A DNA stretch of 64,000 nt from Gemmatimonas sp. (lineage in GTDB: Bacteria > Gemmatimonadota > Gemmatimonadetes > Gemmatimonadales > Gemmatimonadaceae). Positions 1 through 10,068 of the stretch are shown in pieces. Within the stretch, counting starts at the first letter, position 1, and every line of letters begins with the position of its first letter. Below the pieces are notes generated by a model. That model worked only from the letters and a program-made list of their open reading frames with translations, ran no database searches and had not been told where the DNA came from. The translations under genes were made by a program, and so were the position numbers. Location of the stretch: the NCBI GenBank assembly GCA_031414535.1, contig JANNVQ010000053.1, forward strand, positions 1 through 64,000, given 5' to 3'.

Positions 1-1
1 C

Positions 2-115
2 GGCAAGCCGACGAAGGTCGCGCTCACCGCGTGCATGCGCCGCCTACTCATCATCCTCAACGCCATGGTCCGCAAGCAGGAACGGTGGCAGGCCATCACG
101 CCCACCACCGCTTGA
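2..115 (+). mobile_element. IS110-family (DEDD) transposase/recombinase, C-terminal fragment, truncated by the window edge
   Basis: Frame from nt 2 reads GKPTKVALTACMRRLLIILNAMVRKQERWQAITPTTA*, matching the typical IS110 C-terminus GKPxKVAxxAxMRKLLxILNAMxR...W. Not in the ORF track because it lacks a start. Confidence 0.9.
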
Positions 116-132
116 CTTCCAACACAGCCTCT
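112..132 (+). mobile_element. Probable IS110 right end (TTGACTTCCAACACAGCCTCT) with outward -35 hexamer and putative CT core
   Basis: TTGACT overlaps the transposase stop, followed by a short end terminating in CT at 131-132. IS110-group right ends are short, carry a -35 box, and IS621 uses a CT core. Exact boundary inferred. Confidence 0.6.
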
Positions 133-310
133 TCGTGGTGAGAGTCGTTCGCCCGCAAATCACAAATATTGAGGCGGGGTTGGCGGGGTGGATTTCGCCG
201 CGCCGCCCCGTTCGTTTCCAGAGTGGACTGTGGGTCGTCAAGCGCCTGTAGGGCTGGCTAGATGGGTTATATTTTCCCCTCGAGTCGCCGGCTCGCGGTC
301 CTTGCAGCTT

Positions 311-331
311 CCGTCTTCCGTCATCCGCCAT
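311..331 (+). repeat. Heptamer tandem array CCGTCTT CCGTCAT CCGCCAT abutting the ftsZ ATG
   Basis: Read directly from sequence; same family as arrays at 12500-12593, 27388, 33409, 52830 and 55626. Confidence 0.8.
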
Positions 332-1516
332 ATGTCCATCTTTGAGTTCGAAGAGTCCATCGCGCAGCACGCCAAGATGAAGGTTGTGGGCGTTGGCGGC
401 GGTGGTGGAAATGCGGTCAACCGAATGATTGAAGAGCAGCTCGAAGGCGTCGAGTTTATTTCGGTGAACACAGACGCGCAGGCGCTGCTCAACTCGAAGT
501 CCGACGTCAAGATCCAGATTGGTAAGAAGCTTACGCGGGGACTCGGCGCCGGCGCTCGCCCGGAAATCGGGCGTCAGGCGATCGAGGAGAACCGCGACGA
601 GGTCGCGCGCGCCATCGCGGGTGCAGACCTCGTGTTCATCACCTGCGGCATGGGTGGTGGCACTGGAACCGGAGCTGCTCCAATCGTCTGTGAGCTGGCG
701 CGCGAGCAGGGCTCCCTGACCGTTGGCATCGTCACCAAGCCCTTCCTGTTCGAGGGCCGCAAGCGCATGCGCCAGGCCGACGAAGGCATCGCTGAGATGG
801 CGAAGCACGTGGATACGATGATTGTCGTCCCGAACGAGCGCCTGCTTGCGGTCGTGGGCAAGGGCATTCCGTTTCAGGACGCCCTCAAGAAGGCCGACGA
901 AGTACTCTTGCAGGCGACGGGTGGCATCTCGGGCATCATCACGAAGGCTGGCTTGGTGAACGTGGACTTTGCCGACGTGCGCACCGTGATGAAGGACGGC
1001 GGTTCGGCCATCATGGGCTCTGGCGTCGGTCGCGGTGAGAACCGTGCCGTTGATGCCGCTAAGATGGCCATCGAGAGCCCGCTGCTCGACAATGTCTCCA
1101 TCGCCGGTGCACGCGGCGTGCTCATCAACATCGCGAGCGGACTCGACACCACGCTCGACGAAGTCACGGCAATCGCCAGCACCATCAAGGAAGCGGTCGG
1201 CGAGGACGCCGAAATCATCTTTGGCTCGGTCACTGAGCCGGCGATGCAGGGCGAAGTGCGCGTAACGGTGATCGCCACGGGCTTCACTAAGCGTGCGGCG
1301 TCGCAGCCGCTCGTGATTGGGAGCCGCGCCTCCTCGGGCTCCACTCCGGTGATTCCGCTCGATCCCGCGGCGCGTGCGCCGCGTCCGGTGGTACCGGGCG
1401 TCTCATCTGGCGGTAACGCGTTGCCGGCGGCCAAGCCGCGGCCTTCGTCTTCGCGTCCCATGGAAGACCTCAGCGATCTCGAGATTCCGACGTTTATTCG
1501 TCGGCAGATGGATTGA
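332..1516 (+). CDS. ftsZ: Cell division protein FtsZ
   Basis: [14 protein letters not shown], tubulin signature [17 protein letters not shown]-terminal [12 protein letters not shown]. Start moved to ATG 332. Confidence 0.98.
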   Translation: MSIFEFEESIAQHAKMKVVGVGGGGGNAVNRMIEEQLEGVEFISVNTDAQALLNSKSDVKIQIGKKLTRGLGAGARPEIGRQAIEENRDEVARAIAGADLVFITCGMGGGTGTGAAPIVCELAREQGSLTVGIVTKPFLFEGRKRMRQADEGIAEMAKHVDTMIVVPNERLLAVVGKGIPFQDALKKADEVLLQATGGISGIITKAGLVNVDFADVRTVMKDGGSAIMGSGVGRGENRAVDAAKMAIESPLLDNVSIAGARGVLINIASGLDTTLDEVTAIASTIKEAVGEDAEIIFGSVTEPAMQGEVRVTVIATGFTKRAASQPLVIGSRASSGSTPVIPLDPAARAPRPVVPGVSSGGNALPAAKPRPSSSRPMEDLSDLEIPTFIRRQMD

Positions 1517-2772
1517 GCGTGCGCGCAACGCGGTTCCTGTTAGGCGCGGCGGTCGCTGGATTAGCGATTGCCGCGCTTCGCCTACCCGCTCCTAAGTTCG
1601 GTGATCCGCGCGTCCTCTTCTCGCAGTATGAGGAGCCAGATCTCCAGCCCTGGACGCAGCACGACACGCTCGGACGCGGTGAGACACTCACCGGATTTCT
1701 CGCGCGGCGCGGCATTGAGAACACCGAGGCGATGAATATCGTGCGCGCGGCCACTCCGCTGAATCCGCGCCGCATTCCCGCTGGCATGCCAATTGAACTG
1801 CGTGGCGATACCACGGACAATCGCCCGCAGGAAATCCGCTTCCGCCTCGCGGTGGACCGCATCGTGCGCATCGCCCGCAACGGCGACGCCTGGGCGGCCA
1901 CCGAAGAGGTCCTGCCTTGGACCATTGATACCGTTCTTGTGCGCGGCACGGTGCGCGAGCATCTGTATCAAGCCATCGGCGAAGGCAGCGATAGCATCCT
2001 CGTCGGACGTGCGCGCGATGAGCTCGCTTGGGCCATCGCCGACATCTACGAGTACAAGATTGATATGTCGCGCGAGTTGCAGCAGGGCGATCAAGTCCGC
2101 GCCTTGTTTGAACGCGTGATTGCACCTGACGGCACCATGCGCATTGGTACTGTGATTGCCGCGGGCCTCCAGCGCGCGGGCACCGAGATCCAAGCCTTCC
2201 GCATCGTGAAAGACGACGGGCGCGTGCGCTACTACGACGAACGCGGCCGCTCGCTGGCCGCCACCTTCCTGCGCGCGCCGCTGCAGTTCCGTCGCATCTC
2301 CAGCAACTTTGGGCGCCGTCGCCATCCGATTCTCGGCACCATGCGCGCGCATCAGGGCATGGACTACGCCGCCAATGCTGGCACGCCAGTGCGCGCGATT
2401 GGCGACGGCACGGTCATCTTTGCCGGCGTGCGCGGCGGCTACGGCAATGTGGTGGAACTGCGCCACCCCAACGGCATGGTGTCGCGCTACGCACATTTGC
2501 GTGGATTTGCGAAGGGTATTCGTCGCGGCATCCGCGTAAGCATCGCCGAGACCGTCGCCTATGTTGGCTCCACGGGACTCTCCACGGCGCCGCATCTGCA
2601 CTTTGAAGTGCTCGTGGGCGGTGTGCATCGTGACCCGCGCCGCGCACTGGCGAGCGCCGAAGCTGGGCCCTCGTTGACGGGCACCGCGCTGGCGCAGTTT
2701 GAGGCCGTGCGGGATGGCGTGTCATTCGCGCTTGAGCAGCCGGCTGGTATCGTTCGCGCGCTCGGTAACTGA
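1513..2772 (+). CDS. M23-family (MepM/NlpD-like) metalloendopeptidase
   Basis: HQGMDY (HxxxD) and PHLHFEV (HxH) zinc motifs, GYGNVV, N-terminal hydrophobic anchor; TTG overlaps the ftsZ stop. Confidence 0.92.
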   Translation: MSVRATRFLLGAAVAGLAIAALRLPAPKFGDPRVLFSQYEEPDLQPWTQHDTLGRGETLTGFLARRGIENTEAMNIVRAATPLNPRRIPAGMPIELRGDTTDNRPQEIRFRLAVDRIVRIARNGDAWAATEEVLPWTIDTVLVRGTVREHLYQAIGEGSDSILVGRARDELAWAIADIYEYKIDMSRELQQGDQVRALFERVIAPDGTMRIGTVIAAGLQRAGTEIQAFRIVKDDGRVRYYDERGRSLAATFLRAPLQFRRISSNFGRRRHPILGTMRAHQGMDYAANAGTPVRAIGDGTVIFAGVRGGYGNVVELRHPNGMVSRYAHLRGFAKGIRRGIRVSIAETVAYVGSTGLSTAPHLHFEVLVGGVHRDPRRALASAEAGPSLTGTALAQFEAVRDGVSFALEQPAGIVRALGN

Positions 2773-2808
2773 CTCGGCAACTGATTGGGCCACGAATTCG
2801 GCAGCTGA
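2761..2808 (+). repeat. Degenerate 12-bp tandem repeat x4 spanning the M23 stop codon
   Basis: CTCGGTAACTGA CTCGGCAACTGA TTGGGCCACGAA TTCGGCAGCTGA. Confidence 0.65.
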
Positions 2809-2860
2809 TATAGGCCCGGATGGGGCGCGCCCGAGGCCGCTCCAGTTTACTCTTTTATAG

Positions 2861-4447
2861 ATGCTCACCTGGGCCCTTGCACTCGCGCTTGGATGCGTCC
2901 TCGCGCTTGCCACCTATGCCCGCGGGGGCCGACTTCCGCGGGCCATGTTCGCGTTGCGCGCCTTTGGCGTGACCATCGTGCTAGCGCTCCTCTTGAACGC
3001 CCCCATTGGCCCCACGCGCCGCTTGGCACCGCGTATCGCACTCGATGCCTCGGCGAGTTGGGCGGCTGCGGCTGACCCGGCTGCGTGGACCGCCGCGCGC
3101 ATGGCCGCAGACTCGGCCCTCGAGGCGGGTGGCGACTCCTTGGTGATTTTCGGCAACGCGCTCCGCTCTGCCGCATTGATGCCTGAGCGGCCAGAGGATC
3201 CAAGCTCGCGAATCGGCCCGGTCGTGGAGCAGGCGCGGGCATCCGGCCGTCCGGTTGTCATTGTGACCGACGGAAAGATTGACGATCCCGAACGTCTGGC
3301 AGAGTTGCCGGTGGGGTCCTACGTGGTGACGCCGCCCGCCGGTGGTGCAGCTGACCTCGGTGTGGCGCCGCTTGAGGCACCTGGCGCAGTGCTCATCGGC
3401 GATACCATCGACTTGCGCGTGCTCATCAAAGCCGGTGCGGTCGTGGATGCCGCCCCGCGCACCCTGACCGTCACGCTCGGTGGTCGTAGCCTTGCCACGC
3501 CCACCGTCAGCGCGCTCGATCCCTATGGCGAGCGCGAGATTACCCTGCGTGTGGTCGTCCCGGCCGTTGATGGAGAGCAGGCCTTGGTCGCAGCGCTAAA
3601 CGGCGCTGACTATCTGGCCGCCAACGACACCGCCCGCTCGAGTATCTCGGTGGTGGGGTCGGCCTCCGTGGCGCTGATCAGTACGTCGCCCGATCAAGAC
3701 GCACGCTTCACGCTCTCGGTGCTGCGGCAATCTCAGCGCGGTGCTGTGCGCGGGTACTGGCGCGTGGCCCCCGGTCAGTGGCGCGAGGGCGATGCGCTGC
3801 GCCCCGTAACTGAAGATGCGGTGCGTCGCGCGTTGGGCACAGCATCGCTTGTGGTGTTGCACGGAGACACCGCGCTGTTCGGGCCCGCGCGGCAGCGCGC
3901 CCGCGGGGCATTGGTGTTGATGCCGACGCCAGACGCCAGCGATGAGTACTACGCCACCGGCGCGGGTGACTCACCGCTTCGTGCCGCACTGTCAGATCTG
4001 CCTTGGGACGCATTGCCGCCGCTCAGCGTAGGCGCGCCGGAGCGCGGTGGCATGAATGCCTTGCTCGCCCGCCGTGCGCGGCGCACGGACGAGCGGGGCA
4101 TTGTCACGCTTCGCGAAGGCACTCCGCGCACGGTCGTGGTGACAGCCGCAGGATTTTGGCGCTGGCGTACGCGTGGCGGGCGCATCTCTGAGTCATTCGA
4201 CGCACTGTGGGGCAGTATATTCGACTGGGTTGTTGGTCCGGACGCTGCCTCTCGGCGTTCGTTGAGCGCCAACGGCCTCGCCAATGAGTTGGTCCCTCGC
4301 GCCCCGACCGTGCAGGCTGGTCCCGTCGGGACGGCCGCGGCACGCGATCTCACACCACGAGCGCGCTCGGCATGGTGGCTCGCCATGCTTGCGCTCGTCG
4401 CCTTCAGCGTGGAATGGATGCTGCGTAGGAGAATTGGATGGCGTTGA
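2861..4447 (+). CDS. Membrane-anchored hypothetical protein (degenerate vWA-like region, C-terminal TM)
   Basis: Two N-terminal TM segments, LDASAS and VVIVTDG vWA-like motifs, C-terminal 'FSVEWMLRRRIG' typical of vWA/BatA-associated membrane proteins. Confidence 0.65.
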   Translation: MLTWALALALGCVLALATYARGGRLPRAMFALRAFGVTIVLALLLNAPIGPTRRLAPRIALDASASWAAAADPAAWTAARMAADSALEAGGDSLVIFGNALRSAALMPERPEDPSSRIGPVVEQARASGRPVVIVTDGKIDDPERLAELPVGSYVVTPPAGGAADLGVAPLEAPGAVLIGDTIDLRVLIKAGAVVDAAPRTLTVTLGGRSLATPTVSALDPYGEREITLRVVVPAVDGEQALVAALNGADYLAANDTARSSISVVGSASVALISTSPDQDARFTLSVLRQSQRGAVRGYWRVAPGQWREGDALRPVTEDAVRRALGTASLVVLHGDTALFGPARQRARGALVLMPTPDASDEYYATGAGDSPLRAALSDLPWDALPPLSVGAPERGGMNALLARRARRTDERGIVTLREGTPRTVVVTAAGFWRWRTRGGRISESFDALWGSIFDWVVGPDAASRRSLSANGLANELVPRAPTVQAGPVGTAAARDLTPRARSAWWLAMLALVAFSVEWMLRRRIGWR

Positions 4448-5355
4448 ACCTGCTGGGTAAGCGCTCGCTCTGGGAGCGCATCAAGGAGATTGCGCTCACC
4501 GACGTCGGCGTGCTCGCGCGCGGCGGTGTGGACGGACTCACGCTCGAACAGCTGGAGCAGACCCTGCTCGAAGCCGATCTCGGCGTACCCGTGACCATGC
4601 GCTTGGTGGAAGAAGTGCGTCGCCGCGCGGCGGCGGGGCGCATCAAGACCTCCGATGATTTTCGCGCGACGATTGTGGAGCTGATTACCGCCGCGATGCG
4701 TGCCGGTCATTCTGATGCGGCGCTGCGGATGGCGCCCGCGAAGCCTACCGTGATTCTCGTGCTCGGCGTGAACGGCGCGGGCAAAACTACGAGCATCGGC
4801 AAGCTCGCGGCGCGCTTGCGCGCTGAAGGTAAGACGGTGCTGCTCGGAGCAGGGGACACCTTCCGCGCGGGTGCCATCGAGCAGCTCAAGCTCTGGTCCG
4901 AGCGCACAGGCGCGGAGTTCGTGGGCGCGCAGCCCGGTGCCGATCCCGCGGCCGTCGCCTTCCAATCCATTGATGCGGGCATCGCGCGTGGCGTTGACGT
5001 CATCATCATTGACACCGCGGGCCGCCTGCACACCAGCGGCGCCTTGATGGAAGAACTTCGAAAGGTGCAGCGCGTGGTGGCGAAGCGGCTTGAGGGCGCG
5101 CCGCACGAAGCCTTGCTGGTGCTCGACGGCACAGTGGGCCAGAACGCGGTGCAACAGGCCAAGCAGTTTGCTGCGGTCGTGCCGCTCACCGGCATCATCG
5201 TGACCAAGCTCGATGGCACGGCCCGCGGCGGCGTGGTCGTGGCTGTGCACGAGGCCGTGAACGTGCCCGTGAAGTTCCTTGGCTACGGCGAGCAGTCCGG
5301 CGACCTGCAGCCCTTTGACGCGGCCGTCTTCGCCACGGAACTCCTCGCGGGATGA
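4438..5355 (+). CDS. ftsY: SRP receptor FtsY (NG domain only)
   Basis: GVNGAGKTT, DTFRAGA, DTAGR, TKLDGTARGG. Confidence 0.97.
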   Translation: MALNLLGKRSLWERIKEIALTDVGVLARGGVDGLTLEQLEQTLLEADLGVPVTMRLVEEVRRRAAAGRIKTSDDFRATIVELITAAMRAGHSDAALRMAPAKPTVILVLGVNGAGKTTSIGKLAARLRAEGKTVLLGAGDTFRAGAIEQLKLWSERTGAEFVGAQPGADPAAVAFQSIDAGIARGVDVIIIDTAGRLHTSGALMEELRKVQRVVAKRLEGAPHEALLVLDGTVGQNAVQQAKQFAAVVPLTGIIVTKLDGTARGGVVVAVHEAVNVPVKFLGYGEQSGDLQPFDAAVFATELLAG

Positions 5356-7448
5356 CACCCGCCGCCGCAGGCCCGCGGCGCACGCTCGAGACGCCGGTGG
5401 AGTTCCTCACCGGCGTCGGCCCACGCCGCGCCGAGGCGCTCAGGCGGCTCAATATTTTTACGGCGCGCGACCTACTGTTTCACATCCCGTTTCGCTACGA
5501 GGATGCGAGCACGGTGGCGCCGATCAATCGCCTGAAGGTTGGTGACGACGCCACCATCATCGGGACAGTCGTCTCCAAGGGGATTCTTCCTACGCGCAAA
5601 GGCCTGAGAATCTTTCAGGCCGTCGTGCGCGATGCCACGGGACTCATCGAAGTCTCTTGGCCTGGCCAGCCGTGGTTAGATCGTGCCATCCAGAAGGACG
5701 ACCAGTTGCTCCTGAGCGGCCCCGTGCGCTTCTACCACGGCCGACAATTTGCGCCGCGTGAGTTCGTGAATCTCGGGCCTGAAGGTGACGCCACGCAGGC
5801 CGGCCGAGTGCTGGCGGTGTATCGCGCTACCGAAGGGCTCTCGTTCAAGATCATTCGCGGGCTGTTGGAGAAGCATCTCGATTCGCTGCTGCCCTTGGTC
5901 AAGGAGTATCTGCCGGCGGAGCTGCTCGCCGAGGCGGGAGTGCCGCAACTGCCAGATGCGATGCGCGCCTTGCATCGGCCCACGTCCGTGGCCGAGGCAC
6001 ACGCGGCGCGCGCTCGGCTCGCGTTTGAGGAGCTGCTCTTTGTGCACCTCCTGCAGCGTCGTGCCCATGAGCTGGCCAAGCAGGCCCGCGATGGCATTCG
6101 CTTTGTGAATCGTAAAGAACTCACCTCGCAATTCCGCGAGGTTCTGCCGTTTGAGCTCACCAAAGCCCAAGTGCGTGCGGTGCGGGAGATCGTGTCAGAC
6201 ATGTGCGCACCTGAGCGCATGCATCGCCTGTTGCAGGGCGATGTGGGGTCGGGCAAGACGGTGGTCGCCGTGTTCGCGTCCTTGCTCGCGCTGGAGAACG
6301 GCTATCAGGCCGCAGTCATGGCGCCCACGGAGCTCTTGGCCGAACAGCACGCCCGTACCTTCGAGAAGTTGCTCGCGCCGCTGGGGATTGTGCCGGTGCT
6401 CATCACAGGTTCTCACTCGGCTAAAGAACGAAAGCTCGCGGCATCGCGGCTGATGAGTGGCGAACCGGTGATTGCCATCGGTACCCATGCGCTCCAGGTG
6501 GAGGGCACGCAGTTCTCGAAGCTCGGCCTCGCCATCATTGACGAACAACATCGTTTTGGCGTGGAGCATCGCCGCGCGCTGGTGGAGCGCGGCCCAAAGG
6601 GTGAGAAGCCAGACGTGCTGCTGATGAGCGCCACGCCCATTCCGCGCTCACTCGCTCTGACGATGTATGGCGATCTGGATGTCAGCATTCTTGATGAACG
6701 GCCACCGGGTCGGCAGCCGGTGACCACCGCCCTCAGGCCTGAGAGTGGACGAGAGAAGGTCTGGAGCTTCATCTCGCGCCAGCTGGAGCAGGGGCGCCAG
6801 GCGTATTTGGTGTATCCGCTCATCGAAGAGTCCGAGAAGTCCGCGCTGAAAGCGGCGACCAAGGCCTTCGAGGAGTTGCAGGCGGGTCCCTTTGCCACGC
6901 GTAAGCTCGCCTTGCTGCACGGCCGCATGAAGGCCGATGAGAAGGATGCGGTGATGCGCGCCTTCCGCGACGGCAGCATTGATGTGCTGGTTGCGACTAC
7001 GGTCATCGAAGTCGGTATTGATGTGCCCAATGCCACCGTGATGGTGGTGGAGCACCCCGAGCGCTTTGGGCTCTCGCAGTTGCACCAGTTGCGCGGCCGC
7101 GTGGGCCGCGGCGTGGCCGAGAGCTATTGCATCCTGCTCGGCGATGTGGGTCCGGAAGTCGCCGAGCGCCTAAGTCCATTCTTGGAGACAGAGGACGGCT
7201 TTGAGATTGCCCGGGCCGACCTCGAGCAGCGCGGCATGGGTGACCTCTTTGGCGAGCGGCAGAGCGGCGTGCCCATGTTCAAGGTCGCGGACCCGCTACG
7301 CGATGAGGCGCTGAGCGAGGTCGCGCGGCACTGCGCCATCAATCTCTTGGAGCGGGATCCTGATTTACGCCGCCCCGAGCACGCCGGGATGCAGGAAACG
7401 CTGAAGCGGCAATACGGCCGAGCGATGGAGCTCTTCCGTGTCGGCTAG
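5352..7448 (+). CDS. recG: ATP-dependent DNA helicase RecG
   Basis: QGDVGSGKT, DEQHRFG, SATPIPRSL, QLHQLRGRVGRG. Confidence 0.97.
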   Translation: MTPAAAGPRRTLETPVEFLTGVGPRRAEALRRLNIFTARDLLFHIPFRYEDASTVAPINRLKVGDDATIIGTVVSKGILPTRKGLRIFQAVVRDATGLIEVSWPGQPWLDRAIQKDDQLLLSGPVRFYHGRQFAPREFVNLGPEGDATQAGRVLAVYRATEGLSFKIIRGLLEKHLDSLLPLVKEYLPAELLAEAGVPQLPDAMRALHRPTSVAEAHAARARLAFEELLFVHLLQRRAHELAKQARDGIRFVNRKELTSQFREVLPFELTKAQVRAVREIVSDMCAPERMHRLLQGDVGSGKTVVAVFASLLALENGYQAAVMAPTELLAEQHARTFEKLLAPLGIVPVLITGSHSAKERKLAASRLMSGEPVIAIGTHALQVEGTQFSKLGLAIIDEQHRFGVEHRRALVERGPKGEKPDVLLMSATPIPRSLALTMYGDLDVSILDERPPGRQPVTTALRPESGREKVWSFISRQLEQGRQAYLVYPLIEESEKSALKAATKAFEELQAGPFATRKLALLHGRMKADEKDAVMRAFRDGSIDVLVATTVIEVGIDVPNATVMVVEHPERFGLSQLHQLRGRVGRGVAESYCILLGDVGPEVAERLSPFLETEDGFEIARADLEQRGMGDLFGERQSGVPMFKVADPLRDEALSEVARHCAINLLERDPDLRRPEHAGMQETLKRQYGRAMELFRVG

Positions 7449-7457
7449 CCCAGTCGG

Positions 7458-7997
7458 CTATTCTTGGCGCAGGTACTCGGCCAGGTAGCCCTGCAGGCGC
7501 TCGCGGGCGCTTGCTTCCAGGTGCTTGTATCCCCGCACGCTACCAACACAGGCCGCCGTGCCGCAGTGGCAATCAAACGGCGAAGCCATGTCCCATTCGG
7601 TGGTGTTGTAGTCGAAGGTCACCCCTTCGCCCGCCTTGATATCGTGCAGCGCCCGGATTGATAGGCCCTTCACCCATGCGCTGGGCTGGCAGGAGTGGTT
7701 CAAGTACATCCAGTACCGCTCGCTCACTCGCTCAGCATCTGTGGCAAGGTCGTCGGAGTCGAGATGCATCTCCGGCCCGACTTGGATGGAGTAGCGGGTG
7801 GCAACACGCGTCTCACGTCCCACGAGGGAAAAGATGGTTTCCCCAGCGTGGATGTCGCGCACGGCGATGAGGCGTCGCTGTTCTGACTCGACGAGCACCC
7901 CCACGGCGGCGGCGGAGGTGACTAGGACGGTCCCGACAGGGTACGATTGGGGCGCGGAATCAGCGCTCGCGCGAAGTGGGGTGGCAGACATTGGCAT
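7458..7997 (-). CDS. SET-domain protein with post-SET zinc motif (putative lysine methyltransferase)
   Basis: YLNHSCQP, DIKAGEGVTFDY, CHCGTAAC. Confidence 0.88.
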   Translation of the reverse strand: MPMSATPLRASADSAPQSYPVGTVLVTSAAAVGVLVESEQRRLIAVRDIHAGETIFSLVGRETRVATRYSIQVGPEMHLDSDDLATDAERVSERYWMYLNHSCQPSAWVKGLSIRALHDIKAGEGVTFDYNTTEWDMASPFDCHCGTAACVGSVRGYKHLEASARERLQGYLAEYLRQE

Positions 7998-8064
7998 ACA
8001 AGCTGTACTACCGGCGATCAGTTCGCCACTGCTCCATCGTCGGCACCATCACTATCATCCATCA

Positions 8065-8670
8065 ATGCGCCTCTTCATCGCTGCTGCTGCGCTCATGATT
8101 GCGTCGGCCTTGCCGGCCCAGATTCCTGGTGGCATCCCCTGGGAAGAAGAACCCGAACGCCGGATGACGGTGAAGAAGCCGATCAATGGCGAGTGGATGG
8201 TTGGCGCTGACGGCGGGATTTCGAACTACGGACAGCCAGAGTTTCGGCGGAAGTCCACTCGCTTTGCGGTGTTCGCCGAGCGCAACATCCTGCCCTGGCT
8301 CGGACTGCAGGCCGATGTGAATTGCGGCAAGGGTACGGTCAACGCGACCGGGTTCACTGCCGCGTCGTTCATCGGCGTGTGCACCACCGGAGTGTCGGCG
8401 GTCGTGCCGATCCCGGTTGCGTACTCCTTCTGGCCCTACGTGCGCATCGGGGGTGGCTTGTCCCTCTGGGACGAGGATGCCCGCGAGGGCTTCTGGGACA
8501 CGGATGACACGTCGCCCACATTCGTCGCCGCGGTGGGGACCCGCTACTTCCCATTCGGCAACGACAAGATCGCCATCCGCGTGGACATCCAGCGGACACA
8601 GACGACGCTGCGAAGCCTCAGCGTGTCTCAACTGGGCTTCGGCTTCGGGGTCAGTGTCCGCATCCCCTGA
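8065..8670 (+). CDS. Small outer-membrane beta-barrel protein
   Basis: Signal peptide MRLFIAAAALMIASALPA, amphipathic strands (PYVRIGGG, FGFGVSVRIP). Start moved to ATG 8065. Confidence 0.7.
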   Translation: MRLFIAAAALMIASALPAQIPGGIPWEEEPERRMTVKKPINGEWMVGADGGISNYGQPEFRRKSTRFAVFAERNILPWLGLQADVNCGKGTVNATGFTAASFIGVCTTGVSAVVPIPVAYSFWPYVRIGGGLSLWDEDAREGFWDTDDTSPTFVAAVGTRYFPFGNDKIAIRVDIQRTQTTLRSLSVSQLGFGFGVSVRIP

Positions 8671-8718
8671 GTGGGGACGCGCCTTTCCTATCCCGTTGAG
8701 CATCCGTAGCTTACAGGG

Positions 8719-10026
8719 ATGACGCGCAGCGCTGAACCCACCAGAATTTCTGACCTTCCTGGCCTCGTTGGCCAGACCGCTACCCTCAGCGGCTGGGTCA
8801 CACACACTCGTTCGTCCGGCAAGGTGGCCTTTGTCACCGTGCGTGACGGCACGGGCCTCTTGCAGGCCGTTGTGGTGAAGCCGCAGGTGAGCGCCGAGAC
8901 CTGGGAGGCGTTCCAGCAACTCTCGCTCGAGTGTTCGCTCACCGTGACTGGCGAAGTGAAGGCCGATGCGCGCGCGCCTGGTGGCGTTGAGCTCGGCGTC
9001 AGCGAACTCAAGCTGCTCGGCGCCTCGTCGGCGGATTATCCGATTCAGCCAAAGGAACACGGCGTGGATTTCCTGCTCGACAATCGCCACTTCTGGCTGC
9101 GCACGCCGCGCCAAGTGGCCATCATGCGCATTCGCAATGAGATTGAGCAGGCCATCCACGATTTCTTTTACGAGCGTGGATTTTTGCGCACCGACACGCC
9201 GATTTTGACGGCCGCCATTGGCGAGCGCTCAGGTCTGTTTGCCACCGAGTACTTCGAAGAAGGCAACGCCTATCTCGCGCAGACAGGCCAGTTGTATGGC
9301 GAGGCTTTGGCTGCGGCCTTCGGCAAGATCTACACCTTTGGCCCGACCTTCCGCGCCGAGAAGTCCAAGACGCGCCGTCACCTCACCGAATTCTGGATGA
9401 TTGAACCTGAGGTGGCGTTCAACGACACGCACGCGAACATGGACCTGCAGGAGGACTTTGTGTCATTCCTCGTGCAGCGCGTGCTGGAGCGTCGTCCGGC
9501 CGAGCTGAAGGAGCTTGAGCGCGACGTGACCAAGCTGGAGAAGGTGAAGGCACCGTTTCCACGCATTGATTACACGGATGCAGTGGCCACGCTGCAGAAG
9601 AAGGGCAGCGACGTGAAGTGGGGCGACGACTTAGGCGCGGAAGACGAAGCGTTGCTCGTCGCGGACTATGAGACGCCCATCTTCGTCTGCAATTACCCGA
9701 AGGAAGCCAAAGCTTTCTATATGAAGGAAAACCCGGCTGACCCGCGCACGGTGCTCTGCGACGATATGCTCGCACCCGAAGGCTATGGTGAGATTATTGG
9801 TGGCTCGCAGCGCGAGGATGACTACGACAAGCTGCTGCACCGCATTAAGGAAGAGAATCTTCCGCTCGACGCGTACTCTTGGTATTTGGACCTGCGGAAG
9901 TACGGCACGTTTGTGCACTCGGGCTTCGGACTTGGCCTTGAACGCACCGTAGCGTGGATCTGTGGCTCGCAGCATATCCGTGAGTGCATCCCATTCCCGC
10001 GTCTGATGACGCGTCTACATCCGTAA
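8719..10026 (+). CDS. asnS: Asparagine--tRNA ligase
   Basis: N-terminal OB fold, GPTFRAEKSKTRRHLTEFWMIEPE, GGSQRE, GFGLGLER. Confidence 0.96.
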   Translation: MTRSAEPTRISDLPGLVGQTATLSGWVTHTRSSGKVAFVTVRDGTGLLQAVVVKPQVSAETWEAFQQLSLECSLTVTGEVKADARAPGGVELGVSELKLLGASSADYPIQPKEHGVDFLLDNRHFWLRTPRQVAIMRIRNEIEQAIHDFFYERGFLRTDTPILTAAIGERSGLFATEYFEEGNAYLAQTGQLYGEALAAAFGKIYTFGPTFRAEKSKTRRHLTEFWMIEPEVAFNDTHANMDLQEDFVSFLVQRVLERRPAELKELERDVTKLEKVKAPFPRIDYTDAVATLQKKGSDVKWGDDLGAEDEALLVADYETPIFVCNYPKEAKAFYMKENPADPRTVLCDDMLAPEGYGEIIGGSQREDDYDKLLHRIKEENLPLDAYSWYLDLRKYGTFVHSGFGLGLERTVAWICGSQHIRECIPFPRLMTRLHP

Positions 10027-10068
10027 TGATGCGCGATACCGTCCCGCCAACCACGTGAGCGCATTTCA

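Noticed and set aside
112..141. Hybrid IS -35 / chromosomal -10 promoter for ftsZ
   Set aside because: At 17-18 nt from TTGACT the sequence is GTGGTG/TGGTGA, not a -10 box.
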